Positions 34,208-47,238 of a stretch of 64,000 nt of DNA are shown piece after piece (position 1 is the stretch's first letter; every line of letters begins with the position of its first letter). A program made the position numbers and the translations under genes. Origin of the DNA: Lytechinus pictus (taxonomy: Eukaryota); assembly GCF_037042905.1 (NCBI RefSeq), contig NC_087250.1, positions 18,850,001 to 18,914,000 of the forward strand, given 5' to 3'. The notes beneath the pieces were generated by a model. It was not told the origin of the DNA. It saw nothing but the letters and a program-made list of their open reading frames with translations, and made no database searches.

Positions 34208-34771
34208 GAAGAGTTTGGTTGCAAAAGGGGTTAGGTCCACTTTGGACCATTTCGAGAAAAATCATGTTTTTTATTCTCACTTGTTGCAATATTCTTATGC
34301 AAAACTAAATTTTCGTGATACCCTACCATGTGAACATAAAATTGGGTATAAAAGAAATTTACCTGTCTTCATATTTTTTTGTAGAATTCTTTGTGGACCT
34401 AACCCCGGGGGGGCCACTTACATTGACGAGTGGATACATGTAAAAAGGATGTCTTTTTCAAGATAGGGCACGTTACGTACGTAACGTAATAAGGATGTCA
34501 AAAACACTAAAATAATTTTTAAAAGGGTATCTATTTCGCTAGGAAAACTACATGTTTAGGGTCAAATATGCGAGGGTATAAAAAAGACTAAAATGTTTTA
34601 TTAAGGATGAAAAAAGTGATTTTTCTTTGCCATTTTTATTCACTTTTTAATGGGTATTTCAACTTTTCTTTGGTATCATCTAAAAGAGCTAGTAAAAATC
34701 TATACATTGAGACACAAAAAAAAAAAAATTGTTGAAAAATGGACCTAACCTCTTTTGCAACTTAGCTCTTC
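34208..34771. mobile_element. MITE with 32-bp TIRs and AAAT TSD (Sola1-like), containing a CCCCGGGGGGG-type fragment (~34403-34610)
   Basis: GAAGAGTTTGGTTGCAAAAGGGGTTAGGTCCA / TGGACCTAACCTCTTTTGCAACTTAGCTCTTC; AAAT on both sides. Confidence 0.8.
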
Positions 34772-37252
34772 AAATATTGATTCTTCTCCACTATGCTTCG
34801 TCCTTGACTTTAATCTGTTTTGAATACTTTTGTACCAACTTTTCTTCTTCTTCTATCTTTATCATTTCTGTTTATCGTCTGGTATAGCTTATTTTTATCC
34901 ATTATCATTTTCTTCCAGGGTATGTTAGTTCTTCTCTCAATCCTTGCTCCCTAATTTGACGTTTTATATTATTTTTTATTATTATGCATGGGATTTGGTT
35001 TTGATGTCCTTCCCCCCCATACTAATACATGCAATGCATAGGGACAGTGATTTTCCGTTTCTAAAAATTGCCTTTTCCGTTTCAGAAAATCTCAAATTCC
35101 GTTTCAGCACGTCTGAAAACGGAAATTCCGTTTCTCCATAGACTTTGTGTACATGAAAAAGTGACAATTCCGTTTACATAGAAAACCAATACGCAATGAG
35201 TAGCGATGTCAAAATGCTAGCGCTGGTCAAAATTTGCATCTACCAATGTACTAACATCGCTTTAAAATCCATTTTAATCGAAGAGATTCGAGCTAAAAAA
35301 ACTATTTAGAGAAACATAATCGACATGAATACATTCTCACCTTTCATATTATTAGCATTATTTTATGGTTACATGGGATTTTATCGCTGATTTTGGGACT
35401 TTTCGGACATCGTTTTGAGCAGTCGACGACTTCCGCCTATCCGCCATTTTTTATTTGTTGAATCACCGTGATCATTATATTATGACCGAACGCAGAGGGC
35501 AGCAACACACGGCCGTATTCTGCCTTATATGCGGACGTGAGTGTAAACTAATTTAGATACGATCGAGTGTAGTTACGATGTGTTGATTGTCATGATTGTT
35601 GTTGCAAAGTGAGATCGTGTTTTTTTTCAGTTGATATTCGTATTTTGTTGAGGATTTGGGATTGATTTCTGTTGCTATTTTGTGCATTTTGAGAAAAAAC
35701 ATGTTTTCCGTAATTTTCCGTTTGAAAAGCCACTTTCCGTTTCAAAAGGCCGATTCTGTGAATCGTATCCTGTACAATATATCCTGTACATGGTCCTATT
35801 GAACAAGTATTTTGCATGTACATGTAACAATTAAATTCTAGCAGTAAACTCATCTCTGTATCTCAACATATTGTTTATCACTTGTGCAATTTACCTTAAT
35901 ATTGCCATTGAAAACAAAATGCGAGCTGCATAGCGAAGGCTACACATGTATGACCTCGCACAATGCTGTCCTATCATTGGGCTATTGTGTTCTTAATCCC
36001 ACAATTTTGGCATTTTTAGTGTAAAAACCACAGAGAAAAACATCAAATTTGGGGTTTGAGGACAACAATTAGGACAATAGGTATCGCATGGGCAAGAGAG
36101 GATGGATTTATGTGCCTTTCTGCTATTGTCTTGTATCAGTGGGCGCTGAGCGGTGCATGGAGGAGATATGAGGGAATTTAAAAACAAGTTCAAGTAGGTT
36201 TAATAATGTGTACTATAGGGTCAGAGATGTGGGAGAAGGTCAGGTCAAAGGTCAAATGTGAAAGCTATATGTATGTCAGATCATTGAATGTACAACAAAT
36301 TATCCATAAATCAACTATTTTGTACTCTCCATATAACTGTATTAGGGCGTACATGTACAAGTACACATTAATTTAATCTAGCAATGAATGAGAAAAGTGG
36401 TAGCCACGTTTGGGGCTATTCACCAAACGCAGTAAAAGGAACTACATCTGTATTTTGTTGTGGGATAAATGTTCCAAATCTGTGTTTGAATCTGTCTCAT
36501 GTATCTGGTGTATCTTTTACACAGAGCATGGCACATTTTCCGTAATCACTGGTGCTTGAAAATAGATTGTGTGCAGGTATTCAACATTCAGTGGAATGCC
36601 TTCAACTCTCATGAATACATATAGATGGAAGGGGGGGTCAGTGGATCCAAAAAGTTCCATAACTAAGAAAAAAAATATATTGAAAGTCTGGGTAAGGAAA
36701 AAAAGGTGAATATGTCAAAATCTGTCACATTGGATTTTCATTTTAAAGAGAAAAATATTTTCTCTTGCTCACTAATGTTTGTAAATTTTGCTCCATATGC
36801 CATGTCTAACTCCCTCATTATTTTTTTGCTTATTACCCCACTGGCTTTCACATTGGAAGTTGGTGCATTTCTTTTTCGAGTGGGGATTTTAGGTGTTGTG
36901 CAATTATTTGCTCACTTTCTATTTTATAAAATGATTTCTAAATCACTGAGCATCAAATAATTGATCGTAAGAAATCAAAATACATTTTTCTGATATCATA
37001 CTTTGAACAATGACTAAAAAATAAAAAATTTCCTTCTTGTCTCGTGGTATAAGTTGACACCAGTTACATAATAGAAAAGTAATGGATATTTTCAACATTT
37101 TGGAAATATATCTTCCATATTCTTTTTCTCTGTTTCTTCACATCTCTATTTCATCTTTCTCATTTCCTGTTACCTCTCTGTTATTTATTATTTCTAACTT
37201 CAAAGAATATTTGTGCAAAAGAGATTCATGGTACACCATGTGTAAAGTCCTG

Positions 37253-37409
37253 GGGAGCGTTTCATCAACAATTTTGTCCGACAAGATGTCAGATCTGACA
37301 TCTTTCCTTGATTCTGATTGGCTGAGAGGCACTGTTACTATGGTAACTGTTGGATAAAACAGGATTTGTCGGATAAAACGTCAGACAAGTCCTTTCATAA
37401 AACACTCCC
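37253..37409. mobile_element. Harbinger-type MITE (GGGAGCGTTTCAT family)
   Basis: CTG/CAG flanks, TIRs. Confidence 0.8.
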
Positions 37410-40097
37410 CAGGAGGGACTGGGATAACAAAAGAAGATACAATTGGAAGTGAATTGGAAAAGCGAGAAAGTATAGATTCGACAGTAGGGTATTGTTTTTT
37501 AAATGAGTGTGGTGCTTAAAAGGACTGTAAACCAGAAGGAGTGGAAAGCTGAGTAGTAGGTACACTTGAGTAGAAGGCTTGAGTAGGTGAGAAAAGGCTA
37601 GATCGAGTCGGCGTATAGAGTAGTAGCAGGAGCAGGAGAGTAGACTTGACGTTTTGGCAAGTTGACTGTCCGTCTTCAGGAGTGAAGACGGAAAGTCGGA
37701 CTCCGCGATTGCTCATACCACCATGCAAAATTCAAACATCATCTGAAAGAGTATTTTGTTCTCATCTTGTATCCTGATTTGCCAATATTACACTGTAATA
37801 GTGGACAAGAAAACTTCCCATTACTCTACAGAAAAAAAAAAAAATCTTTTAAACATCAGCGATGCCTTGTGCAGAGCTTCCTCCCAAATGTTGGTACATG
37901 TAGTTAGAATTCAGCATGCCTTTTTGAGCAAACACCCACAATATGTGTGAAGTTATTGAAAAACATTACATTCCTCACTAATGCCTTTAATATTCATGTA
38001 CTGCTGCCAATTTGCCATGATACGGGGGTAGAATGGTGCGTTAGAAAAGTAAAATAACAAGGAAGGAAATTCCACATGGTAACCCATCCATGATTAATGG
38101 CCGCGATCTGGTTTTTGGTTTTAAACAGAGCCCCTTTTTTGAGGTATTGTGTTTATTTCTGACTTGCAGTTTTTATTGCCGTGATGCACAATAGCACGAT
38201 GTTTGATCTCTTTTTTATGCGAGCAGATTTCTTGTTTTTATACGGCAATGTCTCTGTTTACCCGTACGTGAAATGGACTCTTTGGCATGAAGTTTTGATT
38301 TATTTGTGTTTTCAACTTTTGTTCTCCTTCATTCTCTCTCAGATATTCCACCTACGTGCAATCGCGTTAGACAACCCCCCCCCCCCCTCTCTCACACAAA
38401 TTATAAAATGTAAAACATACAAAACAAGTTGCCAAATTTTATGGTTTGGTCTCATAACTCATGCTGTACAGAAGAGCCCCTAAAAATCATAGAAAATATG
38501 TAGGTAAAAAAATCAAGTAAAAGTACAATTAAATACCCATGTTATCTTTGCTTTAGTGCTAGAAATTGCTTAAAAAGTCCTTTGAAGGTAACAGATGGCT
38601 TTGAGAAAGATGAGAGAAATCATAATGAATTATGAAATAAATGGTGCAATATTTCAATATCCTGCCTACCTTGTCCCTCTCTCACTGTCCGCTCTCTCTA
38701 CTTTGCTATGTTACCCACCCCACCTTACACCTCCCTGTTCTGCTCCCTGCCATTCACCGGTATCTTCTCTTCCAAACCCCCCCCCCTCTTTTTCATATTC
38801 CTAACCCATACAGATGCCTTAGTCCCTGTCGGTCAGTCTGTCTCCCTCTCTATCAACATCTCAATCCCTTGCTGTCTGCCCCCCCCCCCTCATTCTGTCC
38901 CCTCCCATTCGTTGGCACTTTTTTTTCCAATCACTCCCCTCCCCCTCTCACTCATATTCCTCCCTGACCTCTCTGCTCTCTATCTGTCTCTCTGTCTCCA
39001 TCTTTCTCTGTCTCCCTTCCTCCTTTTCTCTCCCCTTTTATTCCTCCTCTCTCCACTCTCTCCTTCCCCTTGCTTTTCCCCCTGTCTCTCACTCCCTTCC
39101 TTTTCTTCCCCTTCTATCTCCCATTTTCTCCACACTCTCCTCCCCTCTCCTTTTCTCTCCTTTTTATCTTCCCTTTCCCTCCTTTTTATTAATCTTCCTA
39201 TCCCTTTCTCTATCCCTCTCCACCCCCCTCTCTCTCTGCCTCTCCCACTACCTAGTCCTAGTCATATTTCCATTCATTCAGTGGTTAGCAAGGTCACTCC
39301 CAAATGACCTGCTCATTCATATATCCACATTGTACCTTTATTCCACCTTTTCAATAGATTTTCATATTAACTAGCCCTCCCCATACCTCAACTATTCGTC
39401 CATATTTTTCTCTTTAAAGCGATCCATTCATAATTGAGGTAATAAATCTCCCACAGGCACCAACTATGCTCCAAAGCATTGAATTTCCACTATTTGTGTG
39501 TGGGTGCATTTTGTTTTAATGATGGAATATAATTTTACTGCATTTCATCATACATAGGTGCATACCTCCCTTTTCTATCCATGCACTATTTTCATTCACC
39601 TTGCACATAATGCAATGTCTGTAATTATAAAACTCCCAAGAATGTTCTGTAATCTGATTGGTCCAAATCAGATCACATGATATTCAGCAAATTGCACTAT
39701 GACATCCAAAATGCACTATCCTGCACTCTGACGTCATACCAAATGTACTATCCTGCACTCTGACATCAGAGTGCAGGATAGTGCTTGACGTCATAATGAT
39801 CAGCTCGGCTGCGCAGACGATCGCAAGTCGAAGTTCGCGCCAACAAATTTTCAACAGAAATTCCAATTGCGCTGAAGGGGGGAGTTGTATAAAACAAACA
39901 ATGCACGCATTCTTGTGCATAGAGGACCTAAATAATGAACTCTATGCTCGACTCACCAAATGGATATACCGCACTCGGTCCTGCGGACGTCAGTACGGTA
40001 TATCCATTGGCTCTTCTCGCACATCGTCCATTATTTGTCCCTGCATGCAACGCTTACACTGTACAGGTTTTATTTGTATAATGTTTTAATTTGTATG

Positions 40098-40374
40098 AAT
40101 AATAATAACAATAGCTAGATTTTATTTTTAAAAGCGCTTTTTGCCTTAGGATACAAAGCGCTGCTATTATTACCCCGGCTATAGCCATGCTGCCTACAGG
40201 CGCTCTGGCATTCGTTGAATATTTCCCTACCGGGTATCCATTCACCTCACCTGGGTTGAGTGCAGCACAATGTGGATAAATTTCTTGCTGAAGGAAAACA
40301 CGCCAAGGCCGGGAATCGAACCCACGTCCTAAGAATTGAAAGACGAGAGTCAATCACTAGACCACAATGCCCCC
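40098..40374 (-). mobile_element. tRNA-derived SINE (family A)
   Basis: Near-identical to 14434-14736 over head and core. Confidence 0.85.
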
Positions 40375-40783
40375 AAAAGGATATCGATTGATTTTTTTTT
40401 AACAATTAAGAATTATTTAATTCTGTTTGTTGAAATTGATTTCTTTCACTGAAAATATAGTCAGGCGATTCATTCCTCTAAAACCAAGCTCATACATGTA
40501 ATCATATTCATGGTATTGAGCTATCGAAACCTAGGATTATTATGTTTTAATTTTTTTTTATAGACTTTGATGTAATGCATGGTAATTATATGCAAGGATA
40601 TTCTATTTCTTTGTTACATGTACATGTAGTTAAAAATCTATTGTACATCATCAAATGATTATTCTTACTTGTCAAAAGTTTAACAGGTTGGTATTTTTTC
40701 CTTAGGACATTTTTTTGCTTTCTTCATACTGTTCAATAATGTTGAAAATCATAAGTTTTTCAAATGATTTCCAACAAATCTCT

Positions 40784-41044
40784 GGGCCTTTTCACACATG
40801 AATCTTGAATCATCATAAATTGTAATGATGATTGAAATTCGTCTTTAGAATCATCTGACCTTTCACACAGAAAATTTGTACCGGAACTTGAGTGAAACTT
40901 TACTGGAATTCACCTCCGGAGTAGGATTTGAATTTCTGATTAGTATTCATGATTCTAGTTTGATTTCAAAATTTTTTGTCATTAGCCTTATTTTTCACTG
41001 GAATCATCATTCAAATTAGGATTTTTTTTACTGTGTCAAAGGGT
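40784..41044. mobile_element. TIR element related to 4955-5149
   Basis: Reverse-complement similarity to 4955-5149. Confidence 0.6.
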
Positions 41045-41598
41045 GGTCCGAAAGACAACAGGCCTTTAATGTTTATATTTTCAGGACAAGGCCACTTTCC
41101 CCTGGGGTATATTTCTACATTACAGCGCAAATGGGGAAAAATAAAAAAGGGTGCAAAAATATCCAGGGCCAATTCTGTGGCCTTGGTTCAAATCAACCCA
41201 TGAGCCCATTGAACATCTAAAGGGAAATGCTTTTGATATGTTGGATGATTTCTAAAACAGGACAGGACATTCATATCAACTCTTTAAAATATTAATAATT
41301 CCTGTTTTTACTTGTGATTTGAATCCCACACGTGGAAGCCATGACCTTAAATGCCCTTATAAACTGAAGCACCTCCAGGCTCTGAGCACTCATCCTTTTG
41401 AACGAGTGGATTTCTTTTATTCCTCGACAATGTTCCGACCTCGTCCTCAATTTGAAAGCAGTTTTATGCAGTTTATTGTTGAATTGAAGGAGAGGAAGAG
41501 GGGTATTTGAAAAGGTAAAATACCAAAAAGCCTTGTACTCATGAAAGTGCTCCTGAATAGGGAATCATAGCCGTAATCCAGTCTACAGTGTACTCCAG

Positions 41599-41889
41599 GG
41601 GCCAGTTTCATAAAGGACTTGCGACTGTTGTAACTTTGCCATAACGGCAACTACCATGGCAACAGGGCTCGGCAGCCAATCAGAATCAAGGTTGTCATGG
41701 TAGTTGCCATAATGGCAAAGTTACAACTGGGGACCATTTCATAAAGGACTTAAACTGTTGTAACTTCAAATGCCATTATGACAACTACCATGGAAACCTT
41801 GAATATGATTGGCTGCGGAGCCCTGTTGCCATGGTAGTTGCCATTATGGCAAAGTTATAACAGTTGCAAGTCCATTATGCAATGGGCCC
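41599..41889. mobile_element. Two adjacent Harbinger-type MITE copies
   Basis: CAG-GGGCCAGTTTCATAAAGGAC.., CTG-GGGACCATTTCATAAAGGAC.., end GGGCCC-CTG. Confidence 0.7.
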
Positions 41890-42277
41890 CTGATTGGAAA
41901 AGGCTAGATTGGCCTATTCCCTTTCATATTTTCCTGCATGAAAGAAGTACATGTAGCATGTTCTTGTTCATATGAATATTAAATATGATTGTTCGAAAGC
42001 ATGGTCCTGGGAAGCGGGGATGCTGCGTTTGTTATCCCCCATAGGCAGAACCCACTTGATAGGAGCTTCAATAATGTATAAATTTGACCAAAATCGTCTT
42101 CATTTTGGAGCAAAAAAAATTTTATATATACTTTTTTGCTTCTCAACTTTGTTTCCAAACCATCAACCCCTCTTCAAAAATTGTTCTGGGGTCCCTGTTT
42201 GTCATTTATTCTTGGGTACACAGTTATGATAAATTTAGTAATAAAATATCCAACATTGTGCAGCCTTTAGTATTTAA

Positions 42278-42910
42278 GAAATATGCATTCACCATTTGAC
42301 TAATCAGGGTGCCTGGGTATGAATGATGTCAGTTGTCTGGTATTGACCAATAGAAGTCCCTTTGTAGAAACATGCATTTACCAGTTGACCAATCAGGATG
42401 CCTGGATATGATGTCAATCATCTGGTATTGACCAGTTGAAGTCCATCTGTTCAGTAGAAATATGTATTCACCTGTTGACCAATCAGGATGCCTGAAAATG
42501 ATATCAATGATCTGGTATTGATTAATAGAAGTTCCTCTATAGAAATCTATATTTACTAGTTGGCCAATCGTTATGCCTTGATATGATATCACTCATCTGG
42601 TATTGACCAAAATCTGCAATCAACAGTTAACCAGTCAGGTGCTGGGATATGATGTCACTCATCTGGTATTGACCTACAGAAGTCCCTCTGTAGAAATATG
42701 CATTCATCAGTTGATCAATCAGAATGCTGGATGTGTTAATCTGATCATTTGGAGGCTCTTGTAGAAATATGCATTCATCAGTTGACCAATCGAAATGCTG
42801 GATATGATGTCAATCTAACCAGTAGGAGGCTCTTGTAGAAATATGCATTCACCTTTTGACCAATCAGGATGCTGGATGTGATGTCAATCATCTGGTATTG
42901 ACCAATAGGA
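42278..42910. repeat. Minisatellite, ~85-90-bp unit, about 7-8 degenerate copies
   Basis: Repeated AGAAATATGCATTCACC..TTGACCAATCAGGATGC..ATCTGGTATTGACC. Confidence 0.9.
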
Positions 42911-45900
42911 GCCACTGCAGGGCTTTCAAATATCACCTGCAATGCCCTCCCTATTGGACTGCACCAGAGATTGACGTTTGGTTGAGTAGATGATGATGTC
43001 TCAATTTCTGTTTCTTCTCAGGCTTCTATGAACTCAGTGTTTCGGTTTCACTTTCCAGATCCTTGTAATGCAGAGTTTTGTGATTATTGCTCATATAAAA
43101 GAACAGTTTTGATTGGCTGCTTGTCAGTGTTTTAAACTAAATACAGATACAACAGTGACCTTGAATGGCTATTGCCATCCGTATTATCCATGTAGAAAAG
43201 TGGGTCTACAGGCCTATAGAATGTCAGATTATTTGTTTTCATTTTCGATTGAGCAGTGTTATGAAAATAAGTCAGTATAACTAGTCAGTATCCAAAATAG
43301 AAAGTTCATGTTTGGAATTTATACTTTTTAGAACTATGGCAATTTTTTTTTTATAGATATTGATATTGAATATCTGTTTGTAATGTGAAGACATGCACGT
43401 TTTCACTAACATTTTTTTTAAATTCATAGTATGTGTGTTCTTGAAGGTCAGAGATAAAGGACTGAATTTTTTCATTCTCAAATGTAGGCCCATGCCGTTC
43501 TAGCGTTTGAAATATGATGATTACAAATCAATTTGAAATATGATGATTGCAAAAACAGAACCAATTGATCGTTGAATTCAATTCTAAACAATTTAATTAG
43601 CTCCCTGAGTGTACGTCTTTTCCCCTCTCTTTCTCTCTTTGTCTGTCCTCTTCTCTCTTTCTCTCTCTCTCCTCCCTCTCTATTTCCCACTCTCTTCTCC
43701 TCTCTCTTTATATTTTGAGCCAAAGAACCATTTTCAAATATCACTGTTCAGGAAGAATCAGACCAAAATAAATTGGAAAATTAATGACCCTTGCTTCCTG
43801 TGTGACACAAACAACAGAATAGCCAGCAAGGGCTATTTATTGTACTGGTACTGCACATTAAAAAAAGGTCACCAATTTGATTTTTCCCAGCTCTTACGGT
43901 AACACATACTTTTTGCAACATTTCAAGCCCTATTGCCCATATGTTACAGAGCAACACCTCTGCATAGTAATTTGGGATCCATGTTTTTTTTTTTTCATTT
44001 TTAACATAGTATAAAATTTCCCACAATCCATCGAAGAACATAAGGTTCTTTTCTTCGAATATACCATAAAAATTTGTAACTGATGCCTTGCAGACACTTT
44101 ATCCAAATTACTGTGAATATTGACAACTATGGAAACTATATTATAAAATTAACGAAGACCATATCATATAAAAAAAAAATAGAGGTGTGGTGTCCCCTCT
44201 GACTTTGTTTTTGGAGGCCACCAAGTCCCCCTCCCCTTTTGTTTCAAATATGGAAACATTGATTAATTTGTCACTTTTTTTCACCCGAAAAATGATAATT
44301 TGTATGATATCGTAAGTCCAACGGGTGACTTAACAAAACCTGGCAACCATTTTTTAGTACTAGCCTGCTGGTATTTTTTAATACATGTACATGTATATGG
44401 GTTTGTCGGCCATTTTAAAAGAAAAAAGGGGCACCTCCTTTTTTATAAAAAAGGCAGGGTGCTAAATATTATAAGGGGCTTTTGGTGCCAAATTTGGTTA
44501 AAAGGCACTCATGAAGTCTGCACCATCAATGTATGCGCAACGATTGCTGGGCGAGTTTCATAATGCTGCAACGACGAACCCCCGGTAATGAGGTGTTTTT
44601 CAAACCGGTCATGGATGAAATGTGAGGAACCATAGATTACAGTCTTCTTTTTTAGATCAATGGCGGGTGTCTGTCACACAAACAACATCACGTGGTGCAT
44701 GACAAGAGATACAATGTGATATTCTTGGAAACGATATCATTCATATTTTTGTATGTTTTAGCCTTGTCCTGTTTTACAATGCATTGCATGAATAGTCCTG
44801 CGTGTCACGTAGGAAAAAAGAACAAGAACTCAAACTAAGTATGAAATTCAATAGTGACAGATTTTTTTTTAAGTGAGGAGAAAGTTACAAGATTACAATC
44901 CCATGACTTTAACTTAAGAAAATAAAATGGTTACAGATATATCTTTCGTAAATTAATACATTTTTAAATGACTTATAGTGGTAATGTTTGGCATGGTTAA
45001 ATTATGTAATCCTCAAATTGCTGTTTACATGTGTTAATCTAAAAAAAAGGGCAAGAGGGCTTGAAATATTCCTCCCCCCCCCCCCCTGAAAAAGAATCAT
45101 ACTTATTTTCAGCCAATTACAAGTTAGAGGCATAAAATGCAGTTGCTCATATCCTACCAGTCACTTCTACTGTAACTTGCTCATTGGTAGCGAATTTCAT
45201 AGAATAACAATAGGCCAATTTTCTATATGTTAAAAGGCATTTGATTTAATGAATTGATGTACGTGTATGCTTGTCGGGCGTGGTACACGTAGTAAAGTGG
45301 AAATAAAGCAATAGCAAGTATAATAAGAAGATTTATTCCTCAGTTTTATTCACTCATTTACAAAAGCCAACTAGAGCTGAATTTCTAAATAAAACAGTGT
45401 TCATACCTGTGATCTTTTCAAAGTCATAAGGGCGTTAACTCCTACCCATCAATAACAGGTTAACGCCTTTTTAACTCCCAATGCCGGCATCGCGTGAGAT
45501 AAAACTCCGAGAGGAGGCAAATTGATTGCTGCAATTCCGTCATCCAGAACATATTCCTGGCTCCAGTATCCCTTTGAACGTCACTCAACCGCAAATGATT
45601 GCTGTGCTATTTGCAGGTGCAGAATCTATAGGGGATATTTGCACAAGATACCCCACTTCACCGTTTGGTTCCTTTATTAGTGCATGGAACGCTACATGGT
45701 TTGCAAAGAGTAAGGCAAGACTAGCACCTAGGGTATTCAACAGGCCGTTAGTGATTTTCATGTTTCACAGGTTCTTTTCAAAAATTGATATTTAGCCTGT
45801 ATTTAGTTGCCCAAGGTCATACATGTTAACTTCTATTTGGAGTTTATGTACTTTCTTTTCCATCAAGGCTTATGTATTTTGCTAGTAAAATTGATTACAT

Positions 45901-46179
45901 GCTGTTCATTTGAACGGTTCTGTTGCTGCGTCAGTGTGCTTGTTGCTGTAATTATTCGTTCATCCCCAAAACATTTACACACATGAGATGAGATATTCAT
46001 GTAGGTCTCTATAATTATTGTCACTTTATATGAATATGTTTCAATGTGGAAAAGAAAAGATCTCAGCCATTTGACACTTCCACTACAACTTCAATGAAGT
46101 CAAATTTCAAACATGCCATAATACACACTGCCATTTTATATACGTCTACGCTGAAAATGCAATACAAATGCTTGTTTAA

Positions 46180-46783
46180 AGGTCAAGTCCACCCCAGTAA
46201 AATATTGATTTGAATAAATAGGGAAAAATCAAACAAACATACATGTAATGCTCAAAATTTCATCAAAATCGGATGTAAAATAAAAAAGTTATGGCATTTT
46301 AAAGTTTCGCTTAATTTCACAAAACAGTTATATGCACATCCTGGTCGGTATGCAAATGAGGAGACTGATGACATCATCCACTCACTATTTTGTATTTTAT
46401 CATCTGAAATATGAAATATTCTAATTTTCTCCTCATTGTAAAGTGAACCAACCATAATTCCTCCCAGAACATATGGAATTAGCATTGTTTAAAACTATAT
46501 GGTTCAGTCATGTTGGTCCATATTGTCAAATTTGTAAAAAATGAAATATTGTATAATTCAAACAATAAAAAACAAAAGAAATAGTGAGTGAGGGACATCA
46601 TCGACTGTCTCATTTGCATGTCATTGAGTTGTGCATATCACTGTTTTTTGAAAAATAAGTGAAACTTTAAAATGTCATAACTTTTTTATTTTACATCCGA
46701 TTTTGATGAAATTTTCAGCGTTATGCTAGTTTGATTTTTCTCTATTTATTCAAATTAACATTTTCCTGTGGTAGACTTAACCT
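46180..46783. mobile_element. Kolobok-type ~600-bp MITE (AGGTCAAGTCCACCCC family)
   Basis: TTAA-type flanks, long TIRs; same family as 59867-60462 and 62447-63042. Confidence 0.85.
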
Positions 46784-46934
46784 TCAAGGATGAAATGGCA
46801 TTTGCAATATTTTATGGAAGATTTCTTGAGGCACATCCACCAACTGCAGTTTAGCACTACTTTCCATGTCTACAAATATACACCCTGTATGTCTGTAGTT
46901 GGGTTATAGCTCCAAATTAATTTTTGAATGCTAT

Positions 46935-47238
46935 GGCCCATATTCTGAAGTCGGGTTTAACTTTATAGAGCATGGTCTAACTCTGCTAAAATTATGGGAA
47001 GCCAAACATTTCAAGATTTTGTCTACAGTGAATGCTCCTCATGTTTACTGTGCTCTTTACTAATTCTTTAATGGTGAAGACAACTGTCATACTTTATCCT
47101 TCCCAGGCAGTTGATAATTTGTTGGGAGTGAAATGAGCTGATACATTGAACCTCTACTGTTATAGATTTATGTCTTTCCATAGTTAAACCACAACTTAAA
47201 CCAGAGTTTAAATTAAACCCGACTTCAGAATACGGGCC
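46935..47238. mobile_element. Harbinger-type MITE (11214 family)
   Basis: TIR GGCCC(A/G)TATTCTGAAGTCGGG, TSD TAT. Confidence 0.8.

Noticed and set aside
37500..37742. Minus-strand terminal exon of a nested gene (acceptor before ATGATGTTTGAA; HHTHL resembling the missing TGFBRAP1 peptide)
   Set aside because: Only short peptides; the HHTHL match is on the wrong strand and does not extend; no upstream partner exons could be supported.
38708..39307. 199-aa P/L/S-rich ORF (also 33815-34234)
   Set aside because: Polypyrimidine low-complexity sequence.
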